Source: Dimorphilus gyrociliatus
Lineage: Eukaryota > Animalia > Annelida
Reading direction: 5' to 3'
NCBI GenBank assembly: GCA_904063045.1
Contig: CAJFCJ010000013.1
Span: 62,001 to 126,000 of the forward strand
DNA: 64,000 bases
Shown here: one piece after another, positions 37,471 to 52,389 of the stretch
How positions within the stretch are numbered: the stretch's first letter is position 1
Layout: each line of letters opens with the position of its first letter
Position numbers and translations under genes: made by a program
Notes under the pieces: model-generated
Database searches by the model: none
The model's input: only the letters and a program-made list of their open reading frames with translations
Told to the model about the DNA's origin: nothing

Positions 37471-38748
37471 CCACTTTTGTAATATTAATAAAATAGAAGA
37501 TAAAAAAAAGATAGACTTTAATTTTGAGAAGAAAACGAAAAAGTCATAGAGTAATACAAACCGACAACTCTGTGTTCGTGCAGCATATGCGTTGCGCATG
37601 AATAAAACTCATGACAATCCTGCATACCGATCATACCATTTTCCATTAATTTATATTGAAGGTTTTCAGCAATAATACTGGATACTCCATAATCGTAAAA
37701 CTGTAAAGGAGAATTGATTGAATATTAGAAAATTTTATTCACCTTTGATCTGTTATTGTATATGGTTACTTTTGAAAAAAGATCCTTAAAGATACAGAAA
37801 ATACATTTTCGAATTGTATGACCTTTTTCATCGGAACCTAAACATTCGTGAGCACCGCTTAGAAAGAAATCTCGCATTGTTGGAGTATGTATAAAGACTT
37901 GGACTAATGACAGCATATAACAGGCATTTCCCATATTGTACATTCCCCTTATACCACTATACAAATCAGGCCGGTAATCTGTTGTAGATTCTGCTTTGAT
38001 TAGTATACGCTCTTTATAAGTATTCGGATACCAAAATTGAGAATATAAGCAATAGTCATCGTCCTTTCTACCATTACTAATCGGTTTTTCTACGTCTTCC
38101 ACTTTGATTTTACTGATAGCTTTCCGTTCCACTTTTATTGGAAAATCGTAATCTGTTGCTGTGGCAACATCCTTCTTTGACACACGGCTATTCTTCTCTT
38201 CCGTACACTTATAAATAACGCTATTCTTAACTTTTAGCGACTCTTTCATAAACTTATCACTATAAATAACACGACAACAAGTCGTGCAATATATTCTTGT
38301 TGTTGATAGATTAATCGCTACAAAAAAGAAAGAAGGAATCAAAATAGAGTTAATTCATTTATTGTAAATAACAAATCAATTTATTTCTTTACCAAATTGA
38401 TGATCTCTTTCCTCCAATGTATGTTCGTGAAGGTGACGTCGAAAGCACAAAACGGTAACACAAGACATGCATAAAAAAAGATTCTTTGCCAATTTATTCC
38501 GGCATACTTTACATGATATTCCCTGTTAAGACAAATAATGAATATAAATCAAGGAAAATTATTAAGAGACAATTAATAAAGTATCATTATACAAATTCTT
38601 CAATGGTTGATTGCAAATTATTTACTTTGGCATAAGAAAGTTCCTCCAGATCGATTCGATGACTGTGAATAAGGGTGCAAATCAAACGAAATTTGCTATG
38701 GAACTCGGCTGATTTACTACTAGACTTGAAATGAACGCAAGATTCCAT
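35503..38748 (-). CDS. Divergent USP22/27/51-like ubiquitin-specific protease with ZnF-UBP domain
   Basis: N-terminal MESCVH...CKVC...LCMSCVTVLCFRRHLHEH...IYCTTC (ZnF-UBP); Cys box GIRGMYNMGNACY; QDCHEF; CKCIIDLTFGG; DPFLEIPL; His box GHYIAFIKHQLGDWFECNDA; YLLFY. Confidence 0.8.
37253..37298. repeat. (CT)n microsatellite in a USP intron, representative of several CT/GA tracts
   Basis: Uninterrupted CT run read directly. Confidence 0.9.
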
Positions 38749-39537
38749 AATCTATGATCCGATCGGTTTAATTAGCATTCTGTTTTACTAGATTTACATC
38801 TTTAGTTATATACATACCAACTAAATAACGTGTTATCGCTCGATTTTCCAAAATCAAGAAGCATGGGCAATTAAATTGCCCCACTGAATAACAGTATTCG
38901 CTCGCAAACTTATAACCACGTAATTTGACATAAAAAAACAATCAAGTCATAAATTAACGTTAAAAAAAGTTTGGATTGCTACTTTCCAATATTCAATGCC
39001 GTTCAATATAAACACATTTATTAATTCATTTCTATTCCACACCCAAAATGGCCATGTGTATTTATTTGTTAGTGAATGCCGAATACGGAACCAGTCAGTG
39101 TACCAGGGTTCAATTCATTATCCGCTTTTATGGATTTCAGCGCGAAAAATAACGAACAACCCTCTCGCAGCAATCATTTGTTTATAAATTTAAACAAAAA
39201 ATATCGTTTAGACTCAGTTTCTTAGGCTTAATTTTTCAATTTAAAAACAGACCTCCTGCTATAAGAGTTCAGCTTGAGTGTGAAATTCAAAAAAGAGCGG
39301 ACAATCGCTAAAATACATTATTTAATGTTTATTATTATGGGCTAATAAAAAAGGGATGGATTTGAGATTCAGATAAGATATTTTAGCGTTGAACAATATT
39401 AATTATAGTATATATATTTATATGGTTTCATAACAACTCCGAAATTAATTGTAAGGTGTCTCTGATTTATGTATATGGAGTTTAAAATTTACAGATCTAA
39501 TTCTAGGCTGACACCCCTGGGTTTTGACGTTAGCAGC

Positions 39538-39578
39538 CACGTGATGAATAACCAATAGGCTACGACTCGTCACGTGAC
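39538..39578. promoter_or_regulatory. Two CACGTG E-boxes (one a GTCACGTGAC palindrome) flanking a CCAAT, just upstream of the ERK ATG
   Basis: CACGTG at 39538-39543; ccaat at about 39552; GTCACGTGAC at 39569-39578. Function is inferred only. Confidence 0.45.
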
Positions 39579-39602
39579 ATCGGCCACAATTGGCCTGTAA
39601 AA

Positions 39603-41928
<2,326 letters not shown>

Positions 41929-43295
41929 AGTGAGTAGACTATTTAACTTTCCCCCTTATATTTAATTAATACTATTATTATAACGGAGAATTTTTTCATT
42001 AACTGGTTAATTATTTCTTTTTTAGTATGAAAATGGTGGATCAGACGACTTAACATACCTTTAATTTCTATTTTTATTCGAGTCCAAACTACTCTCTGTA
42101 CTATACTGCTTTCCGTCTCGTGCCGGCTCTTATCTTCTTTGCAGAAAATGCACAAATTATATGAGATCGGATCTTCGTCCGATGTGTTTTGAATTCATGG
42201 CTTTAAAAGATGTTCTATATTTACATGTTTTTTTTATATAGATGTTGTTAGTAACGTCCTGTGCGATGCAATTAATTGCTAGCTGGCTGGTTATCGTGAG
42301 TTTACCTAATAATAGGAAGCACAAATGATTCTAATTAACAGATTTTATTTTATTACATTAATTGCTTGTTCATTTATCGGTTGTACCGTTTTAAGCAGCA
42401 AAATTTAAAGCTGTTCAATGTTCTACGTTTTATATTTTATACGTTGTGAGCGGCGTGTATTTATTATATTAAGTGTTCCGAGATCAACGTCTTTTTTCTA
42501 ACTGCATTATTTTCAAATGTGATCCTGAGGAGTGCATTTGTTTTATCAGTCTATTGTGTAATTTACTGTAATGAGAGCTCAGTGAGCATGCAGATTTCAT
42601 GACCTATTCATTCGAATTTAAAATTTTAAATAATTGGCGGATGTTTTAAAACAATACTTAATACTTATATAGTGTATTCGTCTTTTTCTTCTATATAAAC
42701 CTCTACATTCAGTATCTATTATATATACATATATAAATATGTGTATGTATTGTGCATGTATTTATAAAAAATTATACCTTTAATATTGAAAATGATTATA
42801 ATTATAATAAATAATGCATGTATAAATTCTGACAAAAAAAATGCTAAACTCTTTTTCTTTGCAAAATATTTTACCAAAGAATACAATGCAGTCTTTAGAA
42901 TTTTAAAAAATTGCTCTTTTTTTATCAATTTTTTTTTAATAATATACAATTTACATCAATCACTCAGTTTCCAGTAGGGGTAACATTTTTTGCATTTTTT
43001 TTTTAACTTTAAAAGCGAAATAATCATTAATATTAAGAATTAAGAAACAAAAAAGAAATATTTTTTTGTACTCGAAACATCAGACTTTGACGTACTAAAT
43101 ATGCAATAGAGCCTCAATAATTATTAGCAAAAAAATTGGGATTATAGAGTTTCTTTTCTTTTCAAGAATAATAATCAAAAAATTATAACATCATTACGTT
43201 CTTTCGGCTCAGCACCTCATCCGTAATTTTTTCAAGGATAACGAGGCAAAGACGATCGAATTATCGAGGTTTCGCAGTAACAGTACAATATACAG

Positions 43296-43339
<44 letters not shown>

Positions 43340-43483
43340 ATGCAGGTGAGAAAGGACAAACAAATATTTTGTCTAGTTTTTTTTTCGTTGGTTAAACGAA
43401 TAATATCACTAGTCGAATTTGACAGATCTTGGAAAACTTAGGCCATTGCAGTACTAAAAAACAATATGCGTCAAATCGTTTTT

Positions 43484-46253
43484 TCACTTAGGGCAAGTTC
43501 GGGAAGGTAGACGCTTGAAATGAAAGTCGTACTCTGTAAAATCTATGCCCATACGGTCTTGAGATAAATCACAAGTGTTATTCATAAGTTTAGAAGAAAT
43601 TCGAAAGGTATAAATTGTGTCATTAAAGTAGCCTGCAGGGAGACTCCAGATATCCTTTAAATATTGCAAACGATATAGTAAAATTATAGCATCTAATTAA
43701 TTTCAAACAATTATTTTTAATTACCTGTCTCAGTTCATCTCTGAAAGGTAAATGCTGTAGTTGAGTACCTTCACAATCGGTTTCTGTATCCGCTCCTGTA
43801 CCCTGAGAATAGTGGCACAACCAACTTACCGATACACTTGCATTATTTAATCTAAATTAACAAAAAATGAATTGTTATGTGTATCCAATAATTAAAAGAA
43901 AGAAAAGAGAGTATTTCTTACTTAAGATTGACGATAATATTTCTAAACTGAATAGTTTTATCTAATTTAATTAAGTAGCGATAGCGTCCATCGGAGCCAG
44001 TGCACGAGTTTCTTAGACAAAACGGTGCCAATGATCTATTATAAGTTATAAAGTAGGGATCGGCCATAATATGGCGAATATTTTCGTTCGTCTCTATATG
44101 CGTTTTCCCTCTATCAGGCATTTTTGCCATGGTAAAAGCCATTGTGGTGAACTTTGACGTTCTAAAATTGCTCTCTTCGCGTATGACATTAGCGCTTTGG
44201 ATATGACTTTTATTTCCCGATCTAGAACTGGATGATAGACAGCATTTCTAAAGAAAGTTAAAATCAATATTATAAGATGATGGAAAATAAAAAGCCAACA
44301 AAATTACCTCGTCGCAAACATTTATTCTACAAAACGATCTTATAAGAACATCAGGGGGGATAGGAGTAGGCTTTACAGTTCCTCTAGTAACTGCTGGCGT
44401 TCCAGGTCTAGTAATAATTGTAGGTATGGGGCTGAAATAATTATAGAAAATTCGCAAATTAAACATGACAGTTTTTTTTTATTTATTTAGAATTTTAGCT
44501 TACCTGGTACCTTTCTTCTCCGTCTTTTCTAATATATACAAGGTTAAAATGGATATTAAACTGAAAAAGAAGAGAAATATTCAAATCTAAATATTAATAT
44601 ACAACGTATATAACTTACCATAGCGTCATTACAAAGACTAGAGTAACGATAGCCGAATGTAATAATCTATTAGAGCATTGTGTATCTTCGGGTTGTGATG
44701 GTTTCTTTGATCTACGAGTGTTTTTGAATGAATTCGCTCTATTCAATTTATTCTGATTCGGCCGTCTAGCTCTACTTCCTTCCGAACCTAAAACTGGTGA
44801 GCTGATAACTGATGACGTTGTCGATCTAACACTATCTCTTTTCTGTTTTAATCTTTCATTAAATGTTTCTATTTGTACAATTCTAGTTTGTAGATTATCA
44901 GCAACTTTACATAACTCTTGAACAGCTCCTAAACCTTCCATGTAAAGACGATCTTTATTGACAGTTTGAAAATTTTCTACAACTTCTCCATTTGTCAATT
45001 TGACATCTCCGGCCGGATGAACAGCTTCTGGTATAACGGTTTTTACCTGTTGGGCAAGGACACCTGTTGTTTGCCTCTCCTGAGCTTCCATGCCAACGGC
45101 GTCGGCGTAATCGTCTTTATACGAAAAATTGTACATTTTTACTTTTTTTACTTTTTCAAGCTGTTCTGACGAATCAACTTCCTTAATATTCTCTTTGACA
45201 CGCATATCAGACGGTTGTAATATGGCTCCCGTAACTCTAATATCTCCTTGGACGTCTAAGGCTTTTTCTGGCTTATCGGTTTTAATACCGACATTTCCAC
45301 TTGAATAAACACTTTCACTTCCCTGAACTTTTTGCCACGGATCAACATCTTGCTTGAATTGGGAGGGATTCGACGCTCTTACAATGATCTTCTCCGATTG
45401 CATAGAACATATTGTCCACTCATTACCGCTTAGAGTGTGAGCCTTTAATGCAACATTTAATAGGAAATAGCGTTGGTCAGGATTAGGTTTCCCGTTCTTT
45501 CTTTGATTATTCAACGTCGTGTCGCAAAAATGTAATCTACCGATCGTACAACCCTTTCCAGCCGTACCGCTATTGCTAAACTCGATACTGTACGAATATA
45601 AAAAAGTGATGTCTAAGAAAATTAGAATTATTTCGAGAGAGCAACAACAATCAATAATTAACAACAAATACTTACATTTGTGGAACAAATGGCTTTTTTG
45701 TTCGATCCGATTGGGATTGTTCCACTTGCACAGTTTGTTGTTTAGCTTCTCGCTTATTCCCGTAAATATGAATGTGAAACGATCGTATTTCTTCATAGTT
45801 ATTTTGATTAGTAGCCACGAACTTGGGATAATAACTATTATTAGCTAGATGAACAGTTACTTGAAAATGATTCTTCTTTTGACAAATAAACGAATCGTCA
45901 GGTGCCGAAAAGATAAAACCTTTATCGGCTTCAACAGAAAAATTCACATGTGGTCTTTGTTGTAAAGGGAAAAAAAATAATCATTTTCTTAATGAAATTT
46001 TCTTTGATTCTATTTTTTAAAATAATATTTACAGTGCATTTCCTCCACTGTCGTATAAAACGTAGAATTTTTCATCATGATTTACATAAAACTTGAGGGA
46101 ATTTTGACCGCTATCCGAATCGGCAGATTGACAATGATTTGGTGTATCTCTTTCGCATTTAACCAATGAAGATTGTTGAAGATTTTCATCAATTTTCCTC
46201 TTTTTTGTTTTCTGGCCCTCTTCTTGTCTTCTATTAATATTTAAATAGAGTTA

Positions 46254-46294
<41 letters not shown>

Positions 46295-47197
46295 AATAGA
46301 AAAAGGGGTGTTAAAGAAATGCATATTAAATAAACATTGTCATGAAGAGAGAAAAAAAATTCTTTTTTTAACTATACGCTTTTTCTGCTATCGATCATTT
46401 TTCTTACAATAGATAAAGAATTTGATTAAATACGATTACAAGAAAGCAACACCTACGTATTTAATGTTGGAGCGTATGTTGGATTTGACACAGTTTGGCT
46501 ATATATCGGTAATCCATATTTAGATGGTGGAGGTTGATCTGAAAGAATATTTTTCCATATATAAAATCTATCTACGCATTTATAATATATTATAATAATA
46601 TTATTTACCATTGATCAATTGTTCAGGTGGGCTGTATGGTTCAGACCTCTCTGATTCTGGTGGAGTATCCGGCAAATTTCTATAACAAGACGAAATAATA
46701 GTTAAATAAATATATTTATATACATATATATATATATATAATAAAAAAAGGACAATATTATTATGTTATCGTATACCCAAGTATTGAATTGAAGGTGTTC
46801 AAATCAGTTTGTTGCTCCAATAAATATGTAGGGTCTATGATATTCGGTAGTGATTTAGCGATTTCGTTCGATAAGTCTCTGTTAAATGATAAAGATAGAA
46901 ACATATTCAACTTTTTTTATAATCGATAAGATGACAATATTCAATTCTTTTATATAGGTTTAATACAAAGTTTTATATGGTCTATTTAATGATTATTAAT
47001 GTTCTATCTTATTGTTTACACTTTCTAATCAGTTATTTATTTGTTTGTTTTGTTTAAAACATACTGGGATAGCCTTCCATTAGGATCAGTAGGCGTTACA
47101 GGATTATATGCAGTATCCGGATATCCTAATTGTTGCGATATATAATCGTAATAACTATGCTCTGTTTCTCGGCAATCGAATCGTTGAGTTTCTTCAT
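43484..47197 (-). CDS. MYRF: Myelin regulatory factor (Ndt80-type DNA-binding domain, ICA autocleavage domain, TM segment, luminal domain)
   Basis: LPDTPPESERSEPYSPP; FICQKKNHFQVT; EQSQSDRTKKPF; GRLHF...KPNPDQRYF; IIVRASNPSQF; ICA domain LQPSDMRVKENI with the catalytic Ser and Lys retained; TM AIVTLVFVMTL. Start codon at 47197 is inferred. Confidence 0.92.
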
Positions 47198-48944
47198 TCA
47201 TAATTTATCTCGAATATATTTTTAACATGCTCTTCCTACCGTATCTTATTATCTCTCGGTAAATTTTCTCTTTTTTATAATTATCATCCAAAATATCAAA
47301 AGAGATTAACAATAAATAAGTAGAAGGAGAAAGTAGAGGAGAAAAACACAAATGAAAATATTCACTATTCTCAGATGGGACCTGTTAATACTGAGTCATA
47401 TCCTTCAAGTGAACGTTCAATTTCTTATCAGACGTTAATATCGATAAGATACAAGGGAAAGTTTTTATTATTGTATGAAGTATAGATATTAATTTTTAAG
47501 AAAAGAATTAGAGTAAATGTATAAAAATAAACTATAATGTGTTACTGCATGTTTATAATATTATAAGTATTAATTAACCATATGTATACTGTATATAGAC
47601 AGTAATCTAAAAAGATCAGAATTTTTTAACGATAAAAAGGGATCGTACAAATTTTATACATATCTTATGTTATTCTCAGATTATGATTTATTTTTTATCA
47701 ACTTGACAAAAATTTACATTCCTTAGGATTTTAAAAGGGCAAAGTAGGACACCGTTGAGCCATCTATAGGCTAATTTTTATCAGTGAGAATTTTTTTTCA
47801 TGCTTTTCGACTGAAAGCGGTGGTCCGATTACTTTTTTTATATAGTTATTCAGGATATAATTATTAGTTAAGAATCGGTGAGATAATGTAAATAAGTCTT
47901 TTTTGTTTTTTTTTTTTAAAAAAAAATTTTATAATTACCCATCGGATCCAAGACAATACTCTTCAAGAGCATTAACGTCCAAATTATCGAAGTTGCATTC
48001 ATCTATTATGAAAAAAGACGGAATCGTAAGAAAACATATATAAATATAGCTAGATTCACCCTATAAAGTTGGTCAATTGTAATTCGCTGAATAGGACAAC
48101 TTGTACCGACCGGTACTATAGAGCTTATATATCAGTTTTTCGGGGGGGAAGGGGGAATAATTTTTAGTTCGCGAAAAGATCGTAAAATCTTTATTAATCT
48201 TTCGTCTTCTTGACCTTAGACATACCAATATAAAAAAAACAAATGCCGATAGTAGTAGATAAATATTACACGTAAAATTACGTACAAACAAGATAAATAG
48301 AACGAATTTTTGGAACTGAATGAAAATGAAGCACTTTTTGTATTTTAACGTCAAACTTACTTAAAATATTATTCAAATTTTTAGTAACGATATCATCCTG
48401 AACTATCGACGTCATCACGCTAATAGATCCATTCAAATAATACCAAATCCAATAAAATTAACGATTAAAAACATTATACTTTTCAGACAAAACAATCAGC
48501 TCTTCCGTTTATGCCTTACTCCTCATTTTGGTAACTTTTTTACAAATCACATAAACCAAATCTTTAATTTCAATATTCTTTATTAAATAATTTATTAATA
48601 ATCCTCCAAGCGTTTTAATTTGTCAATTTTCTAAAATTTTGTGTATTACGTCTTACTTCTTCGCAGGTTGTTGACAATTTTACTACTTAAAACGCCACCT
48701 ATTAATGAATCATCATAGTACTCATTAGTTTCTTTTTTATTCCGAAAGAAATTTAAAAGAACATTTTAAAACGGTTTAATAAAACATTCTAAAAATATAG
48801 TTTAAAGAAGAATCTACGGGAAAAAATAATATTATTTGAAATCTGTTAAAATATCTAAATTTTGTAAGGAATACATAGACTTTTCAAAGGAAAAGAAATA
48901 TGCTAGAGTTTTTTTTTGTTAAAAAAAAAAGAAATAAAGAACAT

Positions 48945-49733
48945 TTATTGTTCTTCTTCTAAATTGCGTTTTTTTAATAATTTGGAATTTTCTTCAACCA
49001 ATTTAATAGCTGCATCGCCATGATAAACTGCATGTGAACCCAACTGTCCTCGAAAGATCAGAACAATTGCTGCTCGAATATCTTCAACAGTCATAGTTTT
49101 TCGCTGTTTAAGTGATTTTAAGTCTCTTGCTTCCATTGCAACACGATGAAATATACTTTTAAGAATTTCGTCTAAGATTGCAAGAGCTTCACTAGAAATA
49201 CCCATATCCGGATGTAACGTTTTCAAGGTTTTCTTTATACTCGATCGGAAATTTACATCGTTCAAGTGAAGGTAACGCTTAGGTTTCTTACTCTTGGATT
49301 TTGACGTTTCAGCTTTAGTTTTAGCCATTCTCTTATTTACTTTTTTTGTAATTTTTTTTCTCGGCGACGTTGTCTTTACCGTCTCTGGGGATATTTCTGA
49401 TGTATTCTCGTCTATCGTAGGTAAGATGTTGATATTGCAAAGTGTATTTCTGACCGGAAAGACTATAGTTTCTCTTCTTTGCTTTCCAGTCACGGTAGCT
49501 ATATTAATCTTTTCCAAAACTGGCTTTATATTATCTTCCTCTTTACCACCAATTGCCCCCAAGGCTTCCAATTCATTGCCGCTGGAGTTGGACGAATCAG
49601 ACAATAAGATAACTTCGCTTGCAGAACTATCGCATAAACACTCACAATCCAAAGATGACGAACAACTGCATTCGCATGCTGAACAATGAGTGTAGCTAAC
49701 GGAAGTTTCATGTATTTGCTGCGATTTCGACAT
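48945..49733 (-). CDS. Histone H2B-like variant, 262 aa, with a ~160-aa N-terminal extension; CDS is intronless
   Basis: Histone fold NFRSSIKKTLKTLHPDMGISSEALAILDEILKSIFHRVAMEARDL...TMTVEDIRAAIVLIFRGQLGSHAV aligns with H2B [24 protein letters not shown]...[24 protein letters not shown]. The ORF track start at 49757 is TTG; the first ATG is at 49733. Confidence 0.85.
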   Translation of the reverse strand: MSKSQQIHETSVSYTHCSACECSCSSSLDCECLCDSSASEVILLSDSSNSSGNELEALGAIGGKEEDNIKPVLEKINIATVTGKQRRETIVFPVRNTLCNINILPTIDENTSEISPETVKTTSPRKKITKKVNKRMAKTKAETSKSKSKKPKRYLHLNDVNFRSSIKKTLKTLHPDMGISSEALAILDEILKSIFHRVAMEARDLKSLKQRKTMTVEDIRAAIVLIFRGQLGSHAVYHGDAAIKLVEENSKLLKKRNLEEEQ

Positions 49734-50341
49734 TTTGGTAGCTAATGGAAAGGACAATCCAGATTGATCTATTCATATAACTACTCAACAATAGTAGTAC
49801 TCTTATGGAAAGTTTGGCGAAACATACATACTTAGAGGGGGGTGGGGGAAGTTTTAGAGAGAGAGGTGGGGGTGGGAGGTGATGGTGAAAAAGGGGGCGA
49901 TGAGAAAGAACTTTAAAAAGAAATAAAACTAAAAAAAAGAGGGGGGAGAGTAAATAAAGCAATTTTAAGTTTGTTAGGAAAAAGGAACAAAATGAATAAA
50001 CTACAAAGAGGATAAATAGTTTTAATAATTATAATAGAATATAATAATAATAATTAATAAAAAAAATGTATATTAATTAATAAGAAAAGGTCAGAAAAGA
50101 GAAAGAAAAATAAAACGTGTATGCGTATATGTATGTTGTATGCGTGTATAGGATGGTAAAGTAACGAGATATTGCGGCTAGAGATAGGCGCAAAGCATGC
50201 TATTTTTAGAAACGCCAAATAGGGTATGTGCTCCGCCACTCGGTGGCGTTGATTCTCTTATCCTGCTAGTAGCTTTGTTAAGTTTGTTTCGTTTGTAATA
50301 ATCTTTATCCGGATATGTTAAAAAATGTATAAAATGTACGT

Positions 50342-51352
50342 ATGACGGATTTTGATGCATGTAGATTTGATTTTCGATTGGTTGCCGGAGGCGAATTACA
50401 ACCGTCTAAGAGGAAGAAAGCATCTAGGCCGAAATGTGATGAGGATATATTATTAGAACATTGGAATTATAACGAAGAAAAGAGGCAATCGCCAATAACT
50501 GATGAAGTGGAGACAAAAAAGAGGAAGCTAGATTCGATTGCTAGTCGACTATGGAAGAGCAAGTTAAAGAAAAAGAAAAAGAAAAAGGAAGAAGAAGAAG
50601 TTGACGGAGAGTTTAAACCGATATCGAATGGAAAGATGACGGATGGTTTTATGTTTCATATGAAAATGCCTTCCAAACAGAGAAAGTTGACTAGAAATGA
50701 TTCAAAGAAAGAAGGTGATGAGGACGATTTAAAAATTTATATGCTGTCGCCCGAAAACTTTGAGAGCTCCAGCGAAAGCGAACTAATGGATCTACCTACG
50801 CAGGTACCACTCTCCTATCGATTCGATGCCGATACTAGGGAAGAAGGCGCCGAAGAGATGGAAGAGGATAGCGACGACATTGATGACGATGATAAGTACG
50901 TGTGTTCTATTTGCGGTAGCGTTCAACCATCCGAATGGCGTCTGCTACTCCATACCAGGGCCCATCAGGGACTTCATTCGAAATTGGCCAAGCTTTCCGA
51001 ACGTAGATCGAAAGGACAAGTTAGACGAAGGCCCCCAGAGCGAAACGTTACAAAATGCGACTACGAGGGATGTAATCTCAAGTTCGAAAACACAAGACAA
51101 CTAAAACTTCATCAATGGTGGCATATGGGTTACAAACCATTAGCTTGTTCACTTTGCGATTATGTCTGCAGTCAAAGAAACTCTATGAATTGGCACATGA
51201 AGAACAAGCACGGCCTAGATAAGGTGTTAACTGCTCATAAAAGAACGGCTTACGTTGGGGCCGATGGTGTTTTAGTGAGCGCAAAGACAACTTTTGCTCC
51301 TCCAGCCGTCGAATCTGTCTTAGATCTACGAACACGAAAAGAAGAGTCGTAA
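50342..51352 (+). CDS. Intronless C2H2 zinc-finger protein (3 fingers; last two ZFP91/ZNF653-like)
   Basis: YVCSICG...HTRAH; CDYEGC...HQWWH; KPLACSLCDYVCSQRNSMNWHMKNKH (compare ZFP91 KPLQCEICGFTCRQKASLNWHMKKH); basic NLS-like runs. Confidence 0.85.
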   Translation: MTDFDACRFDFRLVAGGELQPSKRKKASRPKCDEDILLEHWNYNEEKRQSPITDEVETKKRKLDSIASRLWKSKLKKKKKKKEEEEVDGEFKPISNGKMTDGFMFHMKMPSKQRKLTRNDSKKEGDEDDLKIYMLSPENFESSSESELMDLPTQVPLSYRFDADTREEGAEEMEEDSDDIDDDDKYVCSICGSVQPSEWRLLLHTRAHQGLHSKLAKLSERRSKGQVRRRPPERNVTKCDYEGCNLKFENTRQLKLHQWWHMGYKPLACSLCDYVCSQRNSMNWHMKNKHGLDKVLTAHKRTAYVGADGVLVSAKTTFAPPAVESVLDLRTRKEES

Positions 51353-52350
51353 TGTAAGAAATAAAAAGAAAGACAAGCAAAAAGGAATAACAGTATCCTT
51401 TTATTCCCCTGTAAGAGTTATTTCCTGATTTAGGTCTATAAAAATTTATAAATACACATGTACATGAATGTATACAGTATATATATATATATATACAGTA
51501 CGTATATATATATATATATATATAGCCAGATATATATTAATATACTGTATAAGAATTTGTACAAGTCAAGTCCCTTTATTGAATAAAATCTTATAAGTAC
51601 TTATATGTACATATATTAATATATTTATTCGCAATCTTTTTACTCTTCTATGTATATTTATTTATATTTAATAGAGTTTCTCTGTAAATGAATATTTTCA
51701 CCTTGTATTTTATATGAAGAAATATACAGCAACAACAACAACAAAAAATAATAAAAAAAAAACAAATCTTATCAATTTTTATTCTTTATTTTTAGTGCAT
51801 TTTTTAATTCATACTTTCTTTTCAAATTACGTAGTGAACGCTTTGTTCTAATTTTTTACACTTTTGAAATTAAGAATTATAACGTCTATTATCTCTATAT
51901 AAAATACACACACACACACATTCTAGATTGATGTTTAAAGCGTCTAACTCTCATAGTTACTTAGGTTGAAAAACTAGCAACAGTGTACTTTTTTTTTTCC
52001 TTTCTTATATTTATTTCCTTTGTAAGAAATAAGGGGAATTTCTCTAGTATTTTTAGAGACGTAACCACTGATTGCGGAGGTTTAAGAAGAAGAAAATGAT
52101 GCAGCGTCTACTATTTCGATTTATATTCGGGAATAAATAAAAAGAGAAGACAAGAGGAAAAAAAGAAAAGGAAAAAAAATATCGAAATAGGTTGAAATTG
52201 ATAAAATCATATCCTATTTCCAAAGACTTGTCTTCCTGCTTTCTATTCAAAAAAGTTTCTTCTATATTTTTCTTCTAAAAAAATAAAAACAAACTTAAAG
52301 ATTTGTCTAAAAAATTAGATAAAATGAGATTAACTCTTTGCACTTAATAG

Positions 52351-52389
<39 letters not shown>

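Noticed and set aside
44615-45796. MYRF ORF apparently carrying a hydrophobic Cys-rich insertion before the DNA-binding domain
   Set aside because: The ORF simply reads through an ordinary GT-AG intron (about 45678-45592); the true upstream exon is in another frame.
48880-48895. 6-bp stem with 4-nt loop (CTTTTC-CTTT-GAAAAG, minus strand) downstream of the H2B-like stop
   Set aside because: The geometry resembles the histone stem-loop, but the basal GG/CC pairs needed for SLBP binding are missing; likely chance in T/A-rich sequence.
51394-51403. GTATCCTTTT in the zinc-finger gene 3' UTR
   Set aside because: No U12 branch point or acceptor found downstream.
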